Shown piece by piece: positions 37,663-42,836 of a DNA stretch of 42,836 nt (position 1 is its first letter; every line of letters begins with the position of its first letter). Origin of the DNA: Tubiluchus corallicola (lineage: Eukaryota > Animalia > Priapulida). Position numbers and translations under genes: made by a program. The notes beneath the pieces are model-generated. The model did no database searches. It was not told the DNA's origin and saw only the letters and a program-made list of their open reading frames with translations. The stretch covers positions 1-42,836 of the forward strand of contig JAQGDQ010001395.1 in the NCBI GenBank assembly GCA_030141605.1, written 5' to 3'.

Positions 37663-40054
37663 ATGTCAGATCTGCAAAATGTAGCGGTGACCAAGGCTCA
37701 GTTAGTAGGGGTATCATCAAACGGGGATGCCGAGGGCTCAGGACAACAAGGCGGTGCAGCCCCAATTATGGTTGATGGGGTTGGTTGGCTATCCTCACAG
37801 TTAGGGGCTATAGCTGATCAATGGGCTTTATGTAGCACCTTAGCCGACCTCCCAAAATTTAGCGGACAGGAGGAGTACGCTAGTGAGAATTTTTGGAAAT
37901 GAGTTCTGAGTATAACCAGATGGGGTTTCTGCATATCAGTTGATTCACAAAATGTAGGTGGCGTCTGTGTGAACCTAGCCTACATGACTGTTGAAGGTGC
38001 ATGCACGCAGTATTTAGATGCGAATCGTGAGTTATGGTCCAACATGGATTGGGCACAGTTTATTGCCTTCTTAGAGCAACGTTATATGAATAGAGCTGAA
38101 TTAACGAGGCATATGATTGAACTAAAAAACTTGCGGCAGAAAAAGAATGAAACTTTACGCCAATTAGTAGATCGGATTTGGTATCATGCATGGTTAGCAT
38201 ATAAACCATCCGAAATTGACTAAAGCCTAGTGCAACAATTTTAACTGATGTGTTGATAGAGTCCTTGAGGAATGATCAGTTGCGTGATAAGTTAATTAAG
38301 TATGATCCTGCGACCTTAGAGGCGGCCTATAGTCGATGTAGAGATGAGGAAAGTAATCAAGAAATTACTAAGTTGAAGAGTAGGCACGTGACACATCAAA
38401 TGTGTACAGAAACGCGGTGGGGCGGAAGTGGCGGCGGAAGGAAACATGTGGCAGAGGAAGAAAAAGAAGAAAATGAGAGTCCAATGTGCCACCTCCTAGA
38501 AATGGATGCTCGACCCCAGGGGGAGGACCGGCACCTGGGCCCAGGCAACAGCAGGCCGAAATAGGCCGACAGGGAACAGGTAGATGGGCCCAGCACCCAG
38601 GAGGCCTACTCGGGCTGACTTGTATTTTAGATGCCAGCAACCAGGGAAATTTTGCGAGAGAATGCCGCAGACCCGGGCCTTGCACCATAGAGAGAATGGG
38701 CCAAGCGAAGCCACGGGGAAACTGCTAGGCTACCGGTGGGGCGTCTCCACTGACCGGAGCCTAATGAATGAGGAGACAGGCGGCAATTGTAGAAATGAAG
38801 GAATAGAGCGGCGAAATAGACAGCTATATGTAAATAGATTATTTGAAACAGTGTCAAGATGGAAAAGGGAAAAGCAGGAAGTACCTCCGTCTTGTTAAAC
38901 CGTTGCTAGTCATTCACTACGAGCATTTATGAACTGACTTTCTTAGCCAATTGCTACGCATTTGGGAGTTTCTGGGCATCAAAGTTACAAACGAAAGACT
39001 GAGATGTGCCGTCGAAAATAATCGTGACAGCTTTAAGCGACCAACGAGCAAAACGAACTTTAGCAAAAGTTTCGATACATTTCCAGATTATCTGAAAAAT
39101 CTCACTAGTTTGTACATTAAAGACAGGCGGCAATTGTAGAAATGAAGGAATAGTGGGGCGAAATAAACAGCAATATGTAAATAGATTATTTGAAACAGTT
39201 CCAAGATGGAATAGGGAAAAGCGGGAAATACCCCCGTCTTGTTAAACCATTGCTAGTCATTCACTACGAGCATTTATGAATTGACACTCTTAGCCAATTG
39301 CTACACATTTGGGAGTTTCTGGGCGTCAAAGTTACAAATGAAAGACTCAGATGTGCCGTCGAAAATAATCGTGACAGCTTTAAGCGACCAGTGAGCAAAA
39401 CGAGCTTTAGCGAAAGTTTCGATCCATTTCCAGATTATTTGAAAAATCTCACTAGTTCGTGCATTAAAGACAGGCGGCAATTGTAGAAATGAAGGAATAG
39501 CATGGCGAAATAGACAGCAATATGTAAATAGATTATTTGAAACAGTTCCAAGATGGAATAGGGAAAAGCAGGAAAATGTAAGGAGTAGTTATCATGTTAC
39601 CAGGGCAGCACACGTGGATTAGGACACCATAAGTGCGACTCGAACCCATGGCTCCACAGGTTGGGAGGAACAGTTAATTACACAGCCAACCTGTGCGGTA
39701 GAATTAAACAGGAAGCCCACCCGTATGTTAATTGATACCGGGGCAACAACTTCGTGTATATCTTTAGCATTATATCGTCAGTTGGGAATGGGTCCTTGTG
39801 ACTCCAGCCGGGTGTCGTTAAAAGATGCCTCGGGAACTATAAAATGACAGCAATAGGGGAGATTGAAATTCGGGGATAGCAAGGTTAAGATCCGATTTCA
39901 AGTAGTGAAAATGCAGCAAAATGCTATTTTATGGATAGATGCGCTCCATGCCATGAATGCATCATTAGATTGTGGCCGAAAGATATTGATTATAGGTAAG
40001 AAGGCGCATATTTTAACTTCCGAATGGCTGAGTGAAAGAGAGATAGATCTTTTG
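37663..40054 (+). mobile_element. Decayed Gypsy/Ty3-type gag-protease region, copy 1, interrupted by two captured host exon fragments
   Basis: Gag-like LPKFSG..., W..F...L..RY, L.Q...ET.RQ; frameshifted knuckle (Y/C)FRCQQPG-NFAREC; protease MLIDTGATTSCIS (D codon 39734). Stops and frameshifts throughout; no RT or integrase visible. Confidence 0.88.
38716..38761 (+). promoter_or_regulatory. -1 ribosomal frameshift signal (G GGA AAC plus downstream stem-loop); duplicate at 40935
   Basis: The gag frame ends cgg gga aac tgc TAG and the -1 frame continues GKLLG.... ggctaccggtggggcgtctccactgaccggagcc can fold back. Confidence 0.7.
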
Positions 40055-42027
40055 GTTAGGGGCTATGGCTGATCAATGGGCTAATGTAGCACCTTAGCCG
40101 GCCTCCCAAAATTTAGCGGGAGTTCTGAGTATAACCAGATGGGGTTTCTGCATATCAGTTGATTCACAAAATGTAGGTGGCGTCTGTGTGAGCCTAGCTT
40201 ACTTGACTGTTGAAGGTGCATGCACGCAGTATTTAGATGCAAATTGTGAGTTATGGTCAAACATGGATTGGGCACAGTTTATTGCCTTCTTAGAGCAACG
40301 TTATATGAATAGAGCTGAATTAACGGGGCATATGATTGAACTAAAAAACTTGCGGCAGAAAAAGAATGAGACTTTACGCCAATTAGTAGATCGGATTTGG
40401 TATCATGCATGGTTAGCATATAAACCATCCGAAATTGACCAAAGCCTAGTGCAACAATTTTAACTGATGTGTTGATAGAATCCTTGAGGAATGATCAGTT
40501 GTGTGACAAGTTAATTAAGTATAATCCTGCGACCTTAGAGGCGGCCTATAGTCGATGTAGAGATGAGGAAAGTAATCAAGAAATTACTAAGTTGAAGAGT
40601 AGGCACGTGACACATCAAATGCCTACAGAAACGCGGTGGGGCGGAAGTGGCAGCGGAAGGAAACATGTGGCGGCGGAAGAAAAAGAAGAAAATGAGAGTC
40701 CAATGTGCCACCTCCTAGAAATGGATGCGCGACACCAGGGGGAGGACCGGCGCCTGGGCCCAGGCAACAGCAGGCCGAAATAGGCCGAGAGGGAACAGGT
40801 AGATGGGCCCAGCACCCAGGAGGCCTACTCGGGCAGACTTGTGTTTTAGATGCCAGCAATCAGGGAAATTTTGCGAGAGAATGCCACAGACCCGGGCCTT
40901 GCACCATAGAGAGAATGGGCCCAGCGAAGCCACGGGGAAACTGCTAGGCTACCGGTGGGGCGTCTCCACTGACCGGAGCCTAATGAATGAGGAGACAGGC
41001 GGCAATTGTACAAATGAAGGAATAGCACGGCGAAATAGACAGCAATATGTAAATAGATTATTTGAAGCTGTGCCAAGATGGAATAGGGAAAAGCGGGAAA
41101 TACCTCCGTCTTGTTAAACCGTTGCTAGTCATTCACTACAAGCATTTATGAACTGACTTTCTTAACCAATTGCTATGCATTCGGAGTTTCTGAGTATCAA
41201 CGTTACAAACAAAAGACTGAGGTGTGCTGTCGAGAATAATCGCGGCAGCTTTAAGCGACCAACGAGCAAAACAAGCTTTAGCAAAAGTTTCGATACATTT
41301 CCAGATTATTTGAAAAATCTCACTTTTTCGTATATTAAAGACAGGCAGCAATTGTAGAAATGAAGGAATAGCATGGCGAAATAGACAGCAATATGTAAAT
41401 AGATTATTTGAAACAGTGCCAAGATGGAATAGGGAAAAGCGGGAAATACCCCCGTCTTGTTAAACCGTTGCTAGTCATTCACTACGAGCATTTATGAACT
41501 GGCTTTCTTAGCCAATTGCTACGCATTTGGGAGTTTCTGGGCGTCAAAGTTACAAATGAAAGACTCAGATGTGCCGTCGAAAATAATCGTGACAGCTTTA
41601 AGCGACCAGTGAGCAAAACGAACTTTAGCGAAAGTTTCGATCCATTTTAGGATTATTTGAAAAATCTCACTAGTTCGTACATTAAAGACAGGCGGCAATT
41701 GTAGAAATGAAGGAATAGCGCGGCAAAATAGACAGCAATATGTAAATGGATTATTTGAAACAGTGCCAAGATGGAATAGGGAAAAGCGGGAAATACCTCA
41801 GTCTTGTTAAACCGTTGCTAGTCATTCACTACAAGCATTTATGAAATGACTTTCTTAACCAATTGCTACGCATTCGGGAGTTTCTGGGCGTCAAAGTTAC
41901 AAACGAAAGACTGAGATGTGCCGTCAAAAATAATCGTGGCAGCTTTAAGCGACCAACGAGCAAAACGAACTTTAGCGAAAGTTTCGATCCATTTCCGGAT
42001 TATTTTAAAAATCTCACTAGTTCGTAC
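38882..42027 (+). pseudogene. Five copies of a sulfotransferase exon 6 fragment (33418-33659) at 38882-39123, 39229-39470, 41101-41341, 41447-41688, 41794-42027
   Basis: Each reads tacctccgtcttgttaaaccgttgctagtcattcactac...ctcactagttcgtac(attaaaga), with ORFs EFLGVKVTNERLRCAVENNR...DYLKNLTS. Confidence 0.95.
40055..42027 (+). mobile_element. Tandem duplicate of the gag region (from 37800) with three captured host exon fragments
   Basis: gttaggggctat at 37800 and 40055; offset ~2.2 kb; near-identical ORF fragments. Confidence 0.9.
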
Positions 42028-42169
42028 GCAAAAGGGCCAAGCAGCATGCTGAAGACCCATCGGAAGTAGAATTGAGGGAAAGAACTCAACCACCAGCACG
42101 AGTAGTGGTCCAGGAGAGCAAGCGTCTTCCCTTGCACGTCAAGCACATTTGTATAAGTGTTACACTACT

Positions 42170-42410
42170 GTTTAAACGCGTGATGTCACGAAAATGAGCT
42201 TTACATCATACGACGTCATGAAACTAACACAGCAGTTCATGATCAATGCTTATCACGGTACCGCCTTCTATTTGTCGGCGAAATTTGAGTATCCGAGGTA
42301 ATTATTATGTAATCTAAGCTTTGATTTAAAATAAATATTGTAGTTTTCAATATTTTAGAGCATTCTTTATTCTGAACTCGTGTTTACACAAGCATCCGGT
42401 TTTGCTTTGA
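42170..42410 (-). mobile_element. TTAA-flanked MITE family 2, fragment
   Basis: Reverse complement of ~28988-29300; ends catccggttttgctttga. Confidence 0.7.
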
Positions 42411-42836
42411 CCTAATTTCGAAAACTTTTAAATTTTTTCCTGTTTTATTCACTATAAAATGATAGTGCAAACACGCAATTAATTGAAACTTTGAACATAG
42501 AAGATGTTTCTTATAAACAACACGTACAAAATGCAAAAGCTAAATAAGAAATCACATAGCCATGTATATGTATTGCCATAAACTTTGGGAACATGTTATT
42601 TACACAATACCTTAGACAATCTCTCAGTGGTGGTGGATAGACCTATATATAGTAGCAATGTGAAAAAATAATGTTTAAATAATATGATGTTTATTCTTAA
42701 TAATTGTTCCTGATGTTTACTTTGCATTAAGGAATATTTAACGAAATTACTACATGGAAACGGTAATTGGCAAGTGAGTCAGAAGGCAAAACTGCATTAT
42801 GGTTTATGACAGCGCCAGTAATGCAAACAGCCTAAA

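Noticed and set aside
38951-42069. Functional sulfotransferase paralogs
   Set aside because: Only an internal piece of the last exon, with no acceptor or PAPS-binding motifs, embedded in retroelement sequence.

Overview
AT-rich, repeat-dense animal genomic DNA (invertebrate, probably arthropod, judged from the GST class). It is not prokaryotic: I found no CRISPR array, operon or rRNA/tRNA gene. Three intron-containing genes can be assembled by hand with GT-AG sites and consistent phases. (1) A 3-exon Delta/Epsilon/Theta-like glutathione S-transferase (+, 613-5349, 218 aa). (2) A 2-exon glutaminyl-peptide cyclotransferase (-, 12932-10098, 354 aa). (3) A 6-exon type II membrane WSC-domain sulfotransferase of the WSCD1/2 family (+, 15213-33723, 487 aa), head-to-head with the cyclotransferase. 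Introns and intergenic DNA hold solo LTRs, TTAA-flanked MITEs, pogo/Tigger-like MITEs, a probable mini-Helitron, minisatellites and telomere-like repeats. The last ~6 kb is a decayed Gypsy-type LTR retrotransposon with a tRNA-His PBS, gag, a GGGAAAC -1 frameshift signal and a DTG protease. The most unusual feature is that this element carries five copies of a ~240-bp piece of the neighbouring sulfotransferase's last coding exon, inside ~347-bp element/host chimeric units. Other local duplications of exon fragments occur as well. All calls come from reading the sequence; no database searches were run, and repeat boundaries are approximate.
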